This document shows, piece by piece, positions 16,289 to 27,494 of a DNA stretch of 64,000 nt (the stretch's first letter is position 1; every line of letters starts with the position of its first letter). A program made the translations under genes and the position numbers. Under the pieces are notes generated by a model. The model was not told the origin of the DNA, did no database searches, and saw nothing but the letters and a program-made list of their open reading frames with translations. This stretch comes from a virus: IMG/VR virus record IMGVR_UViG_3300027742_000010, positions 3,318 to 67,317 of that record; one strand, given 5' to 3'.

Positions 16289-17536
16289 ATGAGTCTTTTA
16301 AGCAAATTTACGAAAAGAACGAACTTAGCTCCTCTTGAGAAGCTTGCAGCAGACATTTCTATACTTCGTGAAACACAACTTGAAAATGCCGTTGAAGATT
16401 TATTCGCTTCAACGCTTAGAAGTACTGGCTTATCATCGGGTATTTCAAGAGAACTAGCGGCCCGATTTGGAGACTCATTGAAATATGAGCTTGCTGACAA
16501 GTATTTTCAAAATGGAAGTGCTGAATATACCCGAGCGACAAAAGAAGATATTTGCAATAATTTCTTGCCTGGATATGCTGACACCTCATCAAGTCGAGTC
16601 AGAGATGTTAATAACAATCTTGTTGCAGCTGATGGGGTAGCTAACAATACTCTACAATTTCCTAGTCAAATTCCAAAATACTACATGTCTATGGCGTTCA
16701 AAAAGTATGTTAGGCCTGCGCCCCAAGTACAAGGCAGTCTTACATATGATAATGGTATTGTTCTCCCAGTACCAAGAAAACTCGAAGAAACTTTTAATAT
16801 GAATGTATCCTCGGAAGAAACCGGCTTGGGAGGCGGCGCGACGGACATAATTCAAACCTTATCAACAAAAAACATCGCTGACACCGACTACAGTGCCACT
16901 GATCAGAGTAAAGCACTTCTAGCGAGCTTTGCAATTCAAAAGTTTGGTGAGCTTGATAAGGGTGTGGCTAGAGCTCTTGGTCAATATCTCGGCTCTATCC
17001 CAAACCCACATCTTTCTGCAATTTTCCAAGGTGTATCTTTAAGACAGCACCAATTCGAATGGACCTTTGCACCGAGGAATCCTAAAGAGTCAGTAGATTT
17101 ACAAAAAATCGTCCAACGATTAAAACAAAACTCGTTGCCGACATTCAGCACAGTCGGTACGCCGATTATGCAATATCCACTCATGTGCCAAATTAAATTG
17201 CAGCCTTGGGACTCTAAAGGTGAACCACTAATCAAATATAAGCCTGCTCTACTTTCGGAAGTGAGAGTCTCATACACTCCAAATGGTATCCCATCATTCT
17301 TCGCCGGAACGACTCTTCCGACATTTGTTCAAATATCTCTAACGTTCATAGAAACTACATACTTCACCGCAAGAGACTTCGGTCGGGATGGGGAAGAAGA
17401 TCAACTTAGTGATATCGTTGATGGTCTATCATCAGCAGCAAATACACTTTCATTTGGTTTTACTGGTTATATAGGAGATACGATTGACGGCATCACCAAA
17501 GGCGATACTACATCAAACACTGGGGGCGAACAATGA
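16289..17536 (+). CDS. 48: baseplate tail tube cap (gp48-like)
   Basis: LPVP..LEE, NPHL..IFQGV.LRQHQFEWTFAPRN..ES..L..IV and YP.MC.I motifs. Confidence 0.88.
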   Translation: MSLLSKFTKRTNLAPLEKLAADISILRETQLENAVEDLFASTLRSTGLSSGISRELAARFGDSLKYELADKYFQNGSAEYTRATKEDICNNFLPGYADTSSSRVRDVNNNLVAADGVANNTLQFPSQIPKYYMSMAFKKYVRPAPQVQGSLTYDNGIVLPVPRKLEETFNMNVSSEETGLGGGATDIIQTLSTKNIADTDYSATDQSKALLASFAIQKFGELDKGVARALGQYLGSIPNPHLSAIFQGVSLRQHQFEWTFAPRNPKESVDLQKIVQRLKQNSLPTFSTVGTPIMQYPLMCQIKLQPWDSKGEPLIKYKPALLSEVRVSYTPNGIPSFFAGTTLPTFVQISLTFIETTYFTARDFGRDGEEDQLSDIVDGLSSAANTLSFGFTGYIGDTIDGITKGDTTSNTGGEQ

Positions 17537-18366
17537 GTAAATATTTCGACAAGTTTCCAATTATTGATTATAACGGCCAAATTGCTAGAAATATTTTAGC
17601 GAAGGTAGACTTCACTGAAAAATCTAAAAGAAACATTTACTCTGAATTTGATTATGTCCTAACAGAGGATGCTGGAAGATCAGACCTTCTTTCGGATGCT
17701 ACATACAATTCACCTCATTATGATTGGCTTATTCATATTACAAACGATATGATCGATCCATATTACGATTATATGATGACCGAAAGGAAATTCAATCTTC
17801 ATATTATTGCTAAATACGGCTCTTATGCGAATGCGCAGAGTCAGATTCTTTTCTATAGAAATAACTGGGCACCTGACGATGGTCAAGTATCAGAATCAAT
17901 CTATGACGGCTTAGACAATAATATTCAAAAGTATTACAAACCAATCGTAAATATTTCTAATGTAATTGCTGGATACGAAAGAATTAAAGAAGATTGGATC
18001 ATTTCGACAAATAAAATTACAGACTTATATGTAGCCAATACAGAAGATTACAATAACGGTGACAGAATCACTCAATCATCTACGAGTGCTAAAGGTACAG
18101 TTATCAGAACTAATGCCAATTCTGGTATTATTACTATTCAGCACGTTGACGGTACATTTGCGGTTGGTGTTTTGGGCAATACGACGATAGCAAATACAAT
18201 TACAATCCAACAATCTATCCCTGATGAAGAAGCATCCTTCTGGGCGCCAGTCACTGCCTACGATCAAGAAGCCGAGGACAATGAAGTCAAGAAATACATT
18301 AGTTTAATTTCACCAAACTTCTTACCAGACATTGAGAAAATTTTTAGAGATTTAATTAAAAAATAA
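17533..18366 (+). CDS. 53: baseplate wedge subunit (gp53-like)
   Basis: MSKYFDKFPIIDY, R.D.LS...Y.SP.YDWLI..TNDMIDPYYD. Confidence 0.88.
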   Translation: MSKYFDKFPIIDYNGQIARNILAKVDFTEKSKRNIYSEFDYVLTEDAGRSDLLSDATYNSPHYDWLIHITNDMIDPYYDYMMTERKFNLHIIAKYGSYANAQSQILFYRNNWAPDDGQVSESIYDGLDNNIQKYYKPIVNISNVIAGYERIKEDWIISTNKITDLYVANTEDYNNGDRITQSSTSAKGTVIRTNANSGIITIQHVDGTFAVGVLGNTTIANTITIQQSIPDEEASFWAPVTAYDQEAEDNEVKKYISLISPNFLPDIEKIFRDLIKK

Positions 18367-19637
18367 TGCCAAATAAAAATGAAAAAATATATTCTGAAGG
18401 GAAGTATGACTTACTTTCAATGACTCTGTCCACTGCTGGCGGAGCTCTTGATATATCTCCATACGTGGTTAAATGCGATATTTACGAGAGCATCTTATCT
18501 CCTTCTGTTGTATGTGAAGTTCTCATTTCAGACTCTACCGGAATGTTTTCGGCATTTAGTTTTACAGAGGAAGAACTTTGTATATCGTGGACGACTCACA
18601 AAGAAGCGCCACCAAAGCATTTTAGATTCACTATCATAGAAATGAATCCGGTCACTCGTCTGCCGAATGATAAGGGTGTAACAATGGTTCTTACTGCAGT
18701 AAGTGAAGAGGTATTAATCTCTAGTACGATTACAGACATCCCACTGCTCAGACAGAAGATTGAGGCAGACAAGGTCGTTAAGACCATGCTCGAAGATGTA
18801 ATCGAAACAGAGAAAGAAGTTTTTATTGAGAAAACTAAAGGTCTCCACACTTTCGCATTTGTCGACATGACACCATTGGAAGCGATTGAAAGAGCAAGAA
18901 GAAAGGCAGTTTCGACAAAGCACCCAGCATCAGCTTATGTCTTCTATGAGAATGAATTTGGGTTTCATTTTAAAACTATCGAACAAATAATCGAGGAAGG
19001 TCTTGACCGCATTGGAGATAAATACTTCATGCACAGTAACCTTGCAAATCTCGATCCACTTGGAAGTAAGTGGAGAAATATTATTGGTTGGAAAGTAATA
19101 CAAAAGGGAAATCAGAGTGTCGCTGCTAAAATTGGTGGCTATTCTAATTCAGCTGCTCAGTACGATATTATTAACGGCCAATTGGAATTCTATGAAAAGA
19201 AATCCGAAGAAGTTGATTTTGTAACTATGAATGAACAGTCAATTTCGTCATCGACAGAGTTGACTAGGAAAAGATCAAAGAATAGCGGTGGTAGTTCACT
19301 GAATTATTATAACTCGGACCAAGAAATAAATCAAGTATCCGAAAAGAACAATTTTCTTCCATATTATTTGAGCCATTTCCTTTCGGTAATTGCTCATATG
19401 ACTATATATGGAGATAGCACGATAACTGTAGGTGACGTAATAACTTCCAGAATTCCCCAACTAAATGCTCTTGAAACTGATAATGGTTATACTGAAGACG
19501 ATCCAATGCTAACTGGGAATTATTTAGTATGTAAGGTTAGACATGTATTGACCTTCGGTGATGAACCTCTGTATTTTCAAGGCTTAGAAGTGATTAAAGA
19601 CGGTGTGGGTGGTAAACAAGCTACCACAATGATATGA
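18366..19637 (+). CDS. putative baseplate hub protein (gp27-like)
   Basis: IYESI.SP.V...V.ISD.TG, YVFYEN..GFHFKTIE and GNYLV.KVRH motifs; located between gp53 and gp5. Confidence 0.6.
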   Translation: MPNKNEKIYSEGKYDLLSMTLSTAGGALDISPYVVKCDIYESILSPSVVCEVLISDSTGMFSAFSFTEEELCISWTTHKEAPPKHFRFTIIEMNPVTRLPNDKGVTMVLTAVSEEVLISSTITDIPLLRQKIEADKVVKTMLEDVIETEKEVFIEKTKGLHTFAFVDMTPLEAIERARRKAVSTKHPASAYVFYENEFGFHFKTIEQIIEEGLDRIGDKYFMHSNLANLDPLGSKWRNIIGWKVIQKGNQSVAAKIGGYSNSAAQYDIINGQLEFYEKKSEEVDFVTMNEQSISSSTELTRKRSKNSGGSSLNYYNSDQEINQVSEKNNFLPYYLSHFLSVIAHMTIYGDSTITVGDVITSRIPQLNALETDNGYTEDDPMLTGNYLVCKVRHVLTFGDEPLYFQGLEVIKDGVGGKQATTMI

Positions 19638-19647
19638 GGAAGAATAA

Positions 19648-20592
19648 ATGAAACCTGGTAATGTTGACTTTGTATGGTTCATTGGTATCGTCGATGCTAT
19701 AGATGACCCACTACAGTTGGGCAGATTAAGAGTTCGGATTATTGACGATTATGATGAGAAAGTAGACTCAGAAGATATTCCTTGGGCAACAGTATTGTCT
19801 CCAACGACCAGCTCTGCCTTTATAGGTACCGGTACTTCGCCGACCGGCATTCTTCCAGGAACGCGAGTGATGGGTTTCTTTTTAGATGGATCTGATAGAT
19901 CTAAACCAGTAGTGATGGGGACGATTCCATTTATTAATAATGGGAAAGATACTGAACATTCTGTAAATCCGTTGGCAAGAGGAACTGGTCCAGTCCAAAA
20001 AGATTATTTAGAATATGAACCCAAGTCTTCGTACGCAGCTCAATATCCATTCAACAATACTATTACAACCCGATCTGGTCATGTGATTGAAGTAGATGAT
20101 ACTCCTGAGGCTGAGAGAATTCACATTTATCATAAAGCCGGTGCGTATATCGAGATTTTTCCTGATGGAAAAATTGTTACCAAATCACCTAAAGACAATA
20201 TTGAAATAAGTATCGGTGATAAACAAATCATTTCAGACGAGGAAAACGTATTTGTCTCAGCTAAGAAGAATATTGATCTTGTATCAGTGGAAGGTGAAGG
20301 TGCTCTCGTTTCGAAGCAGAATGTCGGAGTTGTTTCAACCGATTCTAAGGCTTTACTCGCAGGTAAAACAGAAGTTAACATCGAAACAGAAAAAACTATA
20401 ATCAATTCAGACACCGAAATTACTGGAGATACTGAATTGAAAAGAAAACTGGAAGTTGGTGGTGAATCGGATTTTAATGACGACGTAGACATCGATGGCA
20501 AATTAGATGTTCATGGTAATGTAACTCTTGTTGGTGCAGTTAACGTTAAAGGTTCGCTACGCGTTAATGGTCGCCCGGTAGACCTTAAGTGA
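19648..20592 (+). CDS. 5: baseplate central spike (gp5-like), lacking a lysozyme domain
   Basis: WFIGIV..IDDP.QLGRLRVRI OB-fold and YPFN....TRSGHVIEVDDTP.AERIHIYHKAG. Confidence 0.92.
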   Translation: MKPGNVDFVWFIGIVDAIDDPLQLGRLRVRIIDDYDEKVDSEDIPWATVLSPTTSSAFIGTGTSPTGILPGTRVMGFFLDGSDRSKPVVMGTIPFINNGKDTEHSVNPLARGTGPVQKDYLEYEPKSSYAAQYPFNNTITTRSGHVIEVDDTPEAERIHIYHKAGAYIEIFPDGKIVTKSPKDNIEISIGDKQIISDEENVFVSAKKNIDLVSVEGEGALVSKQNVGVVSTDSKALLAGKTEVNIETEKTIINSDTEITGDTELKRKLEVGGESDFNDDVDIDGKLDVHGNVTLVGAVNVKGSLRVNGRPVDLK

Positions 20593-20596
20593 TATC

Positions 20597-20604
20597 TATA
20601 AATA
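20597..20604 (+). promoter_or_regulatory. T4 late promoter
   Basis: TATAAATA before gp25. Confidence 0.65.
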
Positions 20605-20623
20605 AAGATAAAAAGAGAAGTAA

Positions 20624-21058
20624 ATGGTAGACGTAAATCGTATTGATAAGATTACTGCCCGCCGAGCAACCACGAAAGAGCCGGTGTACAGCGACCTCTT
20701 AGTAAATTTTGATAAGCATCCTGAGACCGGTTTTCTTACGAGAACAACTGAAGAGAATGCGGTTAAAAGAGCTTTGAGAAATCTTATTCTTACAAACAAG
20801 GGTGAAAGACTATATCAACCAGATATAGGATGTTCAATTCGTCGTGTTCTATTTGAGGACATTTCACCGGTTACTACAGAACTCTTACAAAATTACATTG
20901 AAGAAGCAGTAAATAGATACGAACCTCGGGTGGACCTTACAAAGGTAATAGTAAATCCTAACGAAATTAATAACTCATATGAAGTAAGTATTATCTACGA
21001 AATAATAAATAATTCTATACCTCAAGCATTAACACTAACCCTCCAGCGAGTTCGATAA
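20624..21058 (+). CDS. 25: baseplate wedge subunit (gp25-like)
   Basis: YSDL...F..HP, AVKRALRNLILTNKGERLYQP.IG and YEPRV. Confidence 0.92.
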   Translation: MVDVNRIDKITARRATTKEPVYSDLLVNFDKHPETGFLTRTTEENAVKRALRNLILTNKGERLYQPDIGCSIRRVLFEDISPVTTELLQNYIEEAVNRYEPRVDLTKVIVNPNEINNSYEVSIIYEIINNSIPQALTLTLQRVR

Positions 21059-22855
21059 ATGACTACAGCAAACAGTTCAGTAGTATTAAGTCAATTAGAC
21101 TTTAATTCGCACAAAGAATCATTAAAACAATTTCTAAAGTCTCAAGAACGATTCAAAGATTACAACTTTGATAGTAGTAATATGAGTGTAATGCTCGACG
21201 TCCTGGCTTATAATACATACCAAAATTCCTTTTACTTGAACATGGTCGCGAACGAAATGTTTTTGGATTCTGCGAAGCTTAGAGATTCTGTAATCTCACA
21301 TGCTAAAGAATTGAATTATCTCCCAAGATCGTTTATCTCTTCTACCGCTAAAGTAAATATTCAAGTCACATCCAGCGATGTGACTAAAAGATCGATTACT
21401 ATCCCAAAGGGTACCGCATTCATTTCTAGAGTTGGGGATGATTCGTTTACGTTTACGACTGACGAAAACATCGTCGTCTCAAGTACCAACAATGTATTCA
21501 CCGCGAATGATGTTGAACTATATGAAGGATCTTTCTTAAATGAAACATACCTAGTAAATTACGAAGACCCTATTAAATATGCGATCAACAATAAACAAGT
21601 AGACATTTCATCTGTCGAAGTATCAGTAATTGAAGATAATGGTTCAAATAGAATTGAATACCAAAGAGCTACATCACTATTCGATCTTGACGAAACAAGT
21701 GAAGTGTTTTTCATACAACCTACAGTAGGCGATAGATATGAGGTCGTATTTGGTGATGGTGTTGTTGGACGTAGACCTAAAGACAATTCTGTAATCATTA
21801 TCGAATACCGTGTATGTGCTGGTGAATTACCAAATGGCGCAAGAAAGTTCGTAATATCTGGAAGAATAGATAACGAACAAAACGTCACCGTAAGCGTAGT
21901 AGATCCTGCGAATGGTGGTGCTGTAGCTGAAACAATAAACTCAATTAAATTTAATGCGCCTCGGGCATTCACAACCCAAGAAAGAGCCGTGACAGCAGAA
22001 GATTATGAGAATCTGCTTAAGGCCAATTACCCTGAAATTAATGCTGTTTCTGCGTTCGGTGGTGAAAATGCATCTCCGCCACAATACGGTAAAGTATTCG
22101 TGTCAGTCGATTTAGACGATGTCGACGGTCTTCCTTTAATTAAAAGAGAAGAATACGCCAAGTTTCTAAGATCACGTTCAACTGTTTCTATGGAACCCAT
22201 TTTCGTGTCGCCAGAGTATACGTACTTAAATGTTGTATCGAATATTAAATATAACATCAACCTGACAGGATTAAATCCAGAAGACATACGTACAATCGCT
22301 ATCTCATCTATTTTGAGTTTCGCTGGGACAAGCTTGAACAATTTTAACAGAGCTCTTAGATATTCGCGTCTCATTAAATCAATTGATGATGCCGACTCAA
22401 GCATTGTGTCTAACGAAACAGACATTGATCTTATAAAATATATAATCCCTCAAGTGAATGTTATTCAGAATATTAATTTACATTTTAAGACACCTCTTCT
22501 TACTATTGGCTCTACGCTTCCTGATGAATACCCATTCAATGATTTAAATGTTATTGGATCGACCACCTTCACATATCAAGGACAGAACAACTGTTCAGTT
22601 GAAGACGATAACGCAGGCAATTTAAATATTGTGCTACCAGTCGGTTCAAATTACAGAAAGATTACGCGTATTGGTAGTGTCAATTATGAGACTGGCGAAA
22701 TAAACATCAACAACTTCGCAATCTCCGACTATCAAGGCAGCGTGCTGAAAATATACGCGAAGCCTCGCAACAGAGATTTAATCAGTAATCAAAATGTTAT
22801 TTTGAACATTCTTGAGCCAGACATCTCACTCATAGTAGAACAAATTAGAGAATAA
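21059..22855 (+). CDS. 6: baseplate wedge subunit (gp6-like)
   Basis: LDFNSHKESLKQFL, LDVLAYNTY.N.FY.NM..NEMFLDSA..R.SV.SHAK.LNY.PRS and QERAVTAEDY. Confidence 0.95.
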   Translation: MTTANSSVVLSQLDFNSHKESLKQFLKSQERFKDYNFDSSNMSVMLDVLAYNTYQNSFYLNMVANEMFLDSAKLRDSVISHAKELNYLPRSFISSTAKVNIQVTSSDVTKRSITIPKGTAFISRVGDDSFTFTTDENIVVSSTNNVFTANDVELYEGSFLNETYLVNYEDPIKYAINNKQVDISSVEVSVIEDNGSNRIEYQRATSLFDLDETSEVFFIQPTVGDRYEVVFGDGVVGRRPKDNSVIIIEYRVCAGELPNGARKFVISGRIDNEQNVTVSVVDPANGGAVAETINSIKFNAPRAFTTQERAVTAEDYENLLKANYPEINAVSAFGGENASPPQYGKVFVSVDLDDVDGLPLIKREEYAKFLRSRSTVSMEPIFVSPEYTYLNVVSNIKYNINLTGLNPEDIRTIAISSILSFAGTSLNNFNRALRYSRLIKSIDDADSSIVSNETDIDLIKYIIPQVNVIQNINLHFKTPLLTIGSTLPDEYPFNDLNVIGSTTFTYQGQNNCSVEDDNAGNLNIVLPVGSNYRKITRIGSVNYETGEININNFAISDYQGSVLKIYAKPRNRDLISNQNVILNILEPDISLIVEQIRE

Positions 22856-25800
22856 ATGAAGCAAACAGAAAAAGAAATTTCTCACTTCGTTGAGACTCAA
22901 TTCCCCACCTTCTATGCAGAAGAGGGTCCGCAGTTTATTGCTTTCATCAAGGCATATTATGAATGGATGGAAACCGAAGATCAGCCGATATACGAGAGTC
23001 GTCGATTAGGTGAATACAGAGACATCGATGAGACGATGGAAGAATTCATTCTATTCTTTAAAGAAAAATATCTTAAAAATATCCAATTCGATACTGCCAC
23101 AAACAAAACCCTACTAGTAAAGAATTCTTTGGATCTTTACAGATCCAAAGGTTCTGAGAGATCAATTGATCTATTTTTCAAACTAGTATATGGTACCGAT
23201 GCGGATGTTTCATATCCAGCAGATAATATAATTCGACCTTCAGATGGCGTATGGGAAAAGCCACTATATTTGGAAGTAAGTTATAGCAAATTCAATATCG
23301 ACTATGTCGGTCGCCAGGTAGTAGGTTCCGAATCAAACGCAACCGCATTTGTCGAAAGATATATCCGAAGAAAGACTAATAGAGGTTATGTTAACTTACT
23401 ATATGTTTCTGAAGTGAATGGTGAGTTCAAAACTGGTGAAATTGTTGGTCTCAATATCAACTCGGTTCCAGTCATCGATTTAGATAAAAGAGCAAGACTT
23501 TTTGGTTCTATCGACAGTATCATCATGCAAGACAGAGGTCAAGGTTTTTCTGTTGGTGATCTTATTACATTTGATTCTGATTCAAGAGGTCTTGGTGGTC
23601 AAGGTCGTGTGGAGGCTATTGAGTCTGCGACTGGAGTTATTGACTTCGCACTTCTAGAGAGTGGATTTGGTTATACGTTTTCTTCAGAAGCAATAATTTC
23701 TGAAAAGGTTGTAAGTGCTGCAGACATTATTCCAGATCCTACTTCTAAAATTACATTTAAAGTCTTTGAAAATATTGTTGAACCTCTGGCAAATATCACG
23801 TTCGAAACTGCGACCGCCAATTTAGTAATTGGAGATACAATTTCCAGATGGTCTGCGGGTTCAAAGGTCGCTGAAAGTGTTATTATTGATATAGATCAAT
23901 TGAGTGGTACCGAAGGAACGATGACGGTTTCACACCGATATGGTGCTCTTACCACTGGAACATACTTCTCTGTTTCAAACTCAATTTCAATTTCAGCAAA
24001 TACTGTTGACGATAGAACAATTCAGGGTACCATTATGGGTATACCTCGAACTTACACGTTGTCACTTAATAACCAATCTGGCACAGTTTTTGTCGGCGAC
24101 AATGTAGTCCAATCAAACACGTCTGATGTTATAGCCACTGGTACCATAAGTGATATAACTGAAACTACCACGGGCAACGTGGTTGTAGTTGAAAACGTGA
24201 CAGGTTCATTTAAGCTTACAGAAGATGCTGCTAATTTCTTTTACACTTCTGGTGTTGGAACAGTTACATCATACACAAGCAACAACTTCATTCTGGGTGG
24301 ATCAACCAACTTCACAAATGATTACGTTGATGCAGTATTATATGACGATAGCAACAATGCTATAGGCGAAGTCTTGAATGTGATTAATACCACAGCGATG
24401 GAATTAAAGACAAATGGTTTAATTGCAGCTTCTGCTAATGACCACTCATATGGTCTTCGATATCAAGTTCACTCTGAAAATGGTGGGCTAAGCGCGAATA
24501 TCACAAACATCTCATCAACCGTCGGATTATACGAAATCCAAAAAGAATCGACTACATTTACATACTCATCCGCATCTGGATCAAATGTAGTCGACACATC
24601 CTATATATATCAATACGATTCTCTCGATCGTCAGAGTGCTAGAGCAAAAGTCATTATTGGTGATTATACTGCCGGATCTGGGAACTTGATCGTAACACTT
24701 ATAGAAGGTTATTTTGAAGAAGGCTTGCCGATTTATACAGATGCTAACGCCGCCTCAGCAGATTTAAACAGCGTCGATATTAATATTTCGGGCGGTGATT
24801 TTATTGCGTCATCATCTGCTAAAATGTATACCTACAATACTAACACTGAAATGTCAGTTGATTCTCTGAGCTTCGGCAGCGGCGCATCATTCGACATAGG
24901 CAGTCTTGGTGATACGGAAACAATATTTATTGGCACAGACGTGCTTGCTGCAAATAACGCTGAAGCTTTGAATTTCCAAAGACAGACTTTATCTGTAGGA
25001 TCAAATACAGGCTTCTCAATTAATGATTATGTTTATCAACAAATAAACCGTATTGCGTTTAATCCATCAACAGATTTTGATGAGACTGGTGGTGTAATTA
25101 CTCTGCCGACGGCGAATAGTCGTTACGTTTCTGGTGACATTGTCCGATACGAGGTTGCTGGTGGTAATACATCGATCACTGGCTTTTCGAACAATCAGCA
25201 GTTCCACGTCATCACATCAAATACAACGACGATAACGTTGGGTCCGATTTATGACAGGTTTACAACATTTAGTACCGCTGAATTATCTCCTGATATCGGA
25301 ACAACTAAAAGCAATGAAGTAGGCCACTACATCTACAAGGTTGCAGGCGGCAAAATCTTCGAACTTGGTACAGGAATAATCCGCGCACAAGACGTCTACA
25401 ACGATTTCGGTGTAGCTGCTGTTGGTGGTAACACTACAGTCTACGCCAATACTAATGTTCAAATTTACCAAAATGCTACAGTAAATACCAACATTTCGGC
25501 GGTAACCCAATACAGTTCAGTAGTTCAGCAAGTCAAACCATACATGGCTCTATCACTTACTGAAGATGCGTATGGTTTTCCAAAAAACACTGGGGGCAAT
25601 CTAAAGGATGTTATCTATAATTGCCTAACATTCGCCGATTTTACTCTTGGTTCTATTGGAACAATCAGTGGTATTGATCCTGGTTCCGAATATAATGTTG
25701 ACCCATACGTTGTTGTTTATGAACCCGCTATCGCATCTCTTGGGAGAAAAGATTTTGTAATCGAGATTGAAGATACTACGTCTTCATTTGTGGTCGGTGA

Positions 25801-27472
25801 GGTGATTAATCAAACATCGTCTAACCTGATTTTCTTCGACTTGCAAGTAGATAGTGGTGTATTTTCTAACACTTATATTGAACAAACAATCACGTTTAAC
25901 AGCGATTTAAATGTAGACAGCGCCAATGACTTCATCTATGCTGAAGACTCTGTTCTGTCGTTCAACGCCAACACATCCATCGACAATGCTAACGACTTTA
26001 TTACTATTCCAGATAACACGTTAGTAGATGGTGAACTAGTTAGATATTATACGGCGGCAGGCAACACCGTAATCGTTGGTCTTTCGAACAACGAGTATTA
26101 TTTCGTAACTAGTTCAAACACTTCTGGCATACAACTTTCCGCGACGTTTAGCGGCGCTAATATTGATATGACTGCGTCTGCAACAGATGAAAGTGGTCAC
26201 TTTATAGTAAATCACGATAACAATTTATCCGACGGCGATACGGTTTTATATTCATTCCCAATCGGAAATACGGCGATTTCGGGTCTAGCAAACAATACAC
26301 TCTATTATGTGACAGATTCCAATACATCTGGTTTCGCATTAGCTACAGCAGCGGGTGGTGCAAACGTAGACATTACTTCAAATAGCACTGGCGGCGAAAC
26401 ACATTCAATCGTCACTGTACCAGGATATTTGCCAAATGAAAGACTTTATCAGGCTGTACTTAGTGGCTTTAATAGTAACACTGGTGTGGATAATGTAAAT
26501 GATTTTATTTCTATATCTCCACAGCCGTATGCGGACGGCGATGCTGTAACATATTACACGTCGACAGGCAATACTAGTGTGGTTGGTCTTTCGAATAACA
26601 GTGTTTACTATATCGTTGGTGCCAATTCGACCGGAGTTCAATTAGCTGCATCTCCTGGTGGTGCTAACCTCGACATCTCCGCCACGGTAACATCTGAAAC
26701 TGGTCATAATATTTTAAGCGTAGCAAACGCGTCTGTAAACTTCGTCTTCACGGACGGTGCGAATTCGTTTGTTCGAGTTTCTGGTACAGAAAATACACTT
26801 GCAAATAATTATCAATTATATTCATATACGAATGAATATGTGAACGGTCTTGTTTCCAATGTTGCCACTGTCCAGATAGTTTCAACTGCAACTGGTGTTG
26901 TAAAGGCCGGGAGCAATACATCTACTATATATGTTAAAAGATTAAGCTACGAAAATACATTCCAATCCGGACTTAATGTTGTTGGATCAGTCTCGGGCGC
27001 TAATGCTGTAATTGTTACTGTAGCTGAAGATGAAGACACACTATTCCCAATTGGATTAAATGCAAATGTTTCAGCCAATGTTGTTACTGCAGATGGACAA
27101 ATATCATCCTTACAGGTCATCGACTCTGGCTTCGGATTTAGTAATAATGAGCTCGTACAATTCATCTCTAATGACGGCGTAACAGGCGGAACCATTCGTC
27201 TGATTAAAGGTGGACTGGGACAAGGTAGAGGATTCTACAGAAGTACTAAGGGTTTCTTATCAGAAGATATGTTTGTCCATGATGGTGATTTTTATCAAGA
27301 GTATTCATACGAAATCTTGTCGAAAATATCATTCGATAAATACTGTGACATGTTTAACAAAGTTATGCATGTAGCTGGCACGAAGTTCTTTGGATCTGTT
27401 CGCATTATTGAAAACGCAAATGTTACTTTAACTTTATCTGAGTCATCTGTAGCACAAGCAAACACCATATAA
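22856..27472 (+). CDS. 7: baseplate wedge initiator (gp7-like), expanded with internal repeats
   Basis: N-terminal FIAFIKAYYEWME and YRSKGSERSI..FFKL.Y; C-terminal HDGDFYQEYSYEI...MHVAGTKFFG; located between gp6 and gp8. Confidence 0.8.
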   Translation: MKQTEKEISHFVETQFPTFYAEEGPQFIAFIKAYYEWMETEDQPIYESRRLGEYRDIDETMEEFILFFKEKYLKNIQFDTATNKTLLVKNSLDLYRSKGSERSIDLFFKLVYGTDADVSYPADNIIRPSDGVWEKPLYLEVSYSKFNIDYVGRQVVGSESNATAFVERYIRRKTNRGYVNLLYVSEVNGEFKTGEIVGLNINSVPVIDLDKRARLFGSIDSIIMQDRGQGFSVGDLITFDSDSRGLGGQGRVEAIESATGVIDFALLESGFGYTFSSEAIISEKVVSAADIIPDPTSKITFKVFENIVEPLANITFETATANLVIGDTISRWSAGSKVAESVIIDIDQLSGTEGTMTVSHRYGALTTGTYFSVSNSISISANTVDDRTIQGTIMGIPRTYTLSLNNQSGTVFVGDNVVQSNTSDVIATGTISDITETTTGNVVVVENVTGSFKLTEDAANFFYTSGVGTVTSYTSNNFILGGSTNFTNDYVDAVLYDDSNNAIGEVLNVINTTAMELKTNGLIAASANDHSYGLRYQVHSENGGLSANITNISSTVGLYEIQKESTTFTYSSASGSNVVDTSYIYQYDSLDRQSARAKVIIGDYTAGSGNLIVTLIEGYFEEGLPIYTDANAASADLNSVDINISGGDFIASSSAKMYTYNTNTEMSVDSLSFGSGASFDIGSLGDTETIFIGTDVLAANNAEALNFQRQTLSVGSNTGFSINDYVYQQINRIAFNPSTDFDETGGVITLPTANSRYVSGDIVRYEVAGGNTSITGFSNNQQFHVITSNTTTITLGPIYDRFTTFSTAELSPDIGTTKSNEVGHYIYKVAGGKIFELGTGIIRAQDVYNDFGVAAVGGNTTVYANTNVQIYQNATVNTNISAVTQYSSVVQQVKPYMALSLTEDAYGFPKNTGGNLKDVIYNCLTFADFTLGSIGTISGIDPGSEYNVDPYVVVYEPAIASLGRKDFVIEIEDTTSSFVVGEVINQTSSNLIFFDLQVDSGVFSNTYIEQTITFNSDLNVDSANDFIYAEDSVLSFNANTSIDNANDFITIPDNTLVDGELVRYYTAAGNTVIVGLSNNEYYFVTSSNTSGIQLSATFSGANIDMTASATDESGHFIVNHDNNLSDGDTVLYSFPIGNTAISGLANNTLYYVTDSNTSGFALATAAGGANVDITSNSTGGETHSIVTVPGYLPNERLYQAVLSGFNSNTGVDNVNDFISISPQPYADGDAVTYYTSTGNTSVVGLSNNSVYYIVGANSTGVQLAASPGGANLDISATVTSETGHNILSVANASVNFVFTDGANSFVRVSGTENTLANNYQLYSYTNEYVNGLVSNVATVQIVSTATGVVKAGSNTSTIYVKRLSYENTFQSGLNVVGSVSGANAVIVTVAEDEDTLFPIGLNANVSANVVTADGQISSLQVIDSGFGFSNNELVQFISNDGVTGGTIRLIKGGLGQGRGFYRSTKGFLSEDMFVHDGDFYQEYSYEILSKISFDKYCDMFNKVMHVAGTKFFGSVRIIENANVTLTLSESSVAQANTI

Positions 27473-27475
27473 ATA
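27468..27475 (+). promoter_or_regulatory. T4 late promoter
   Basis: TATAAATA before gp8. Confidence 0.65.
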
Positions 27476-27494
27476 AATCAAAAGGGTCTAATAG

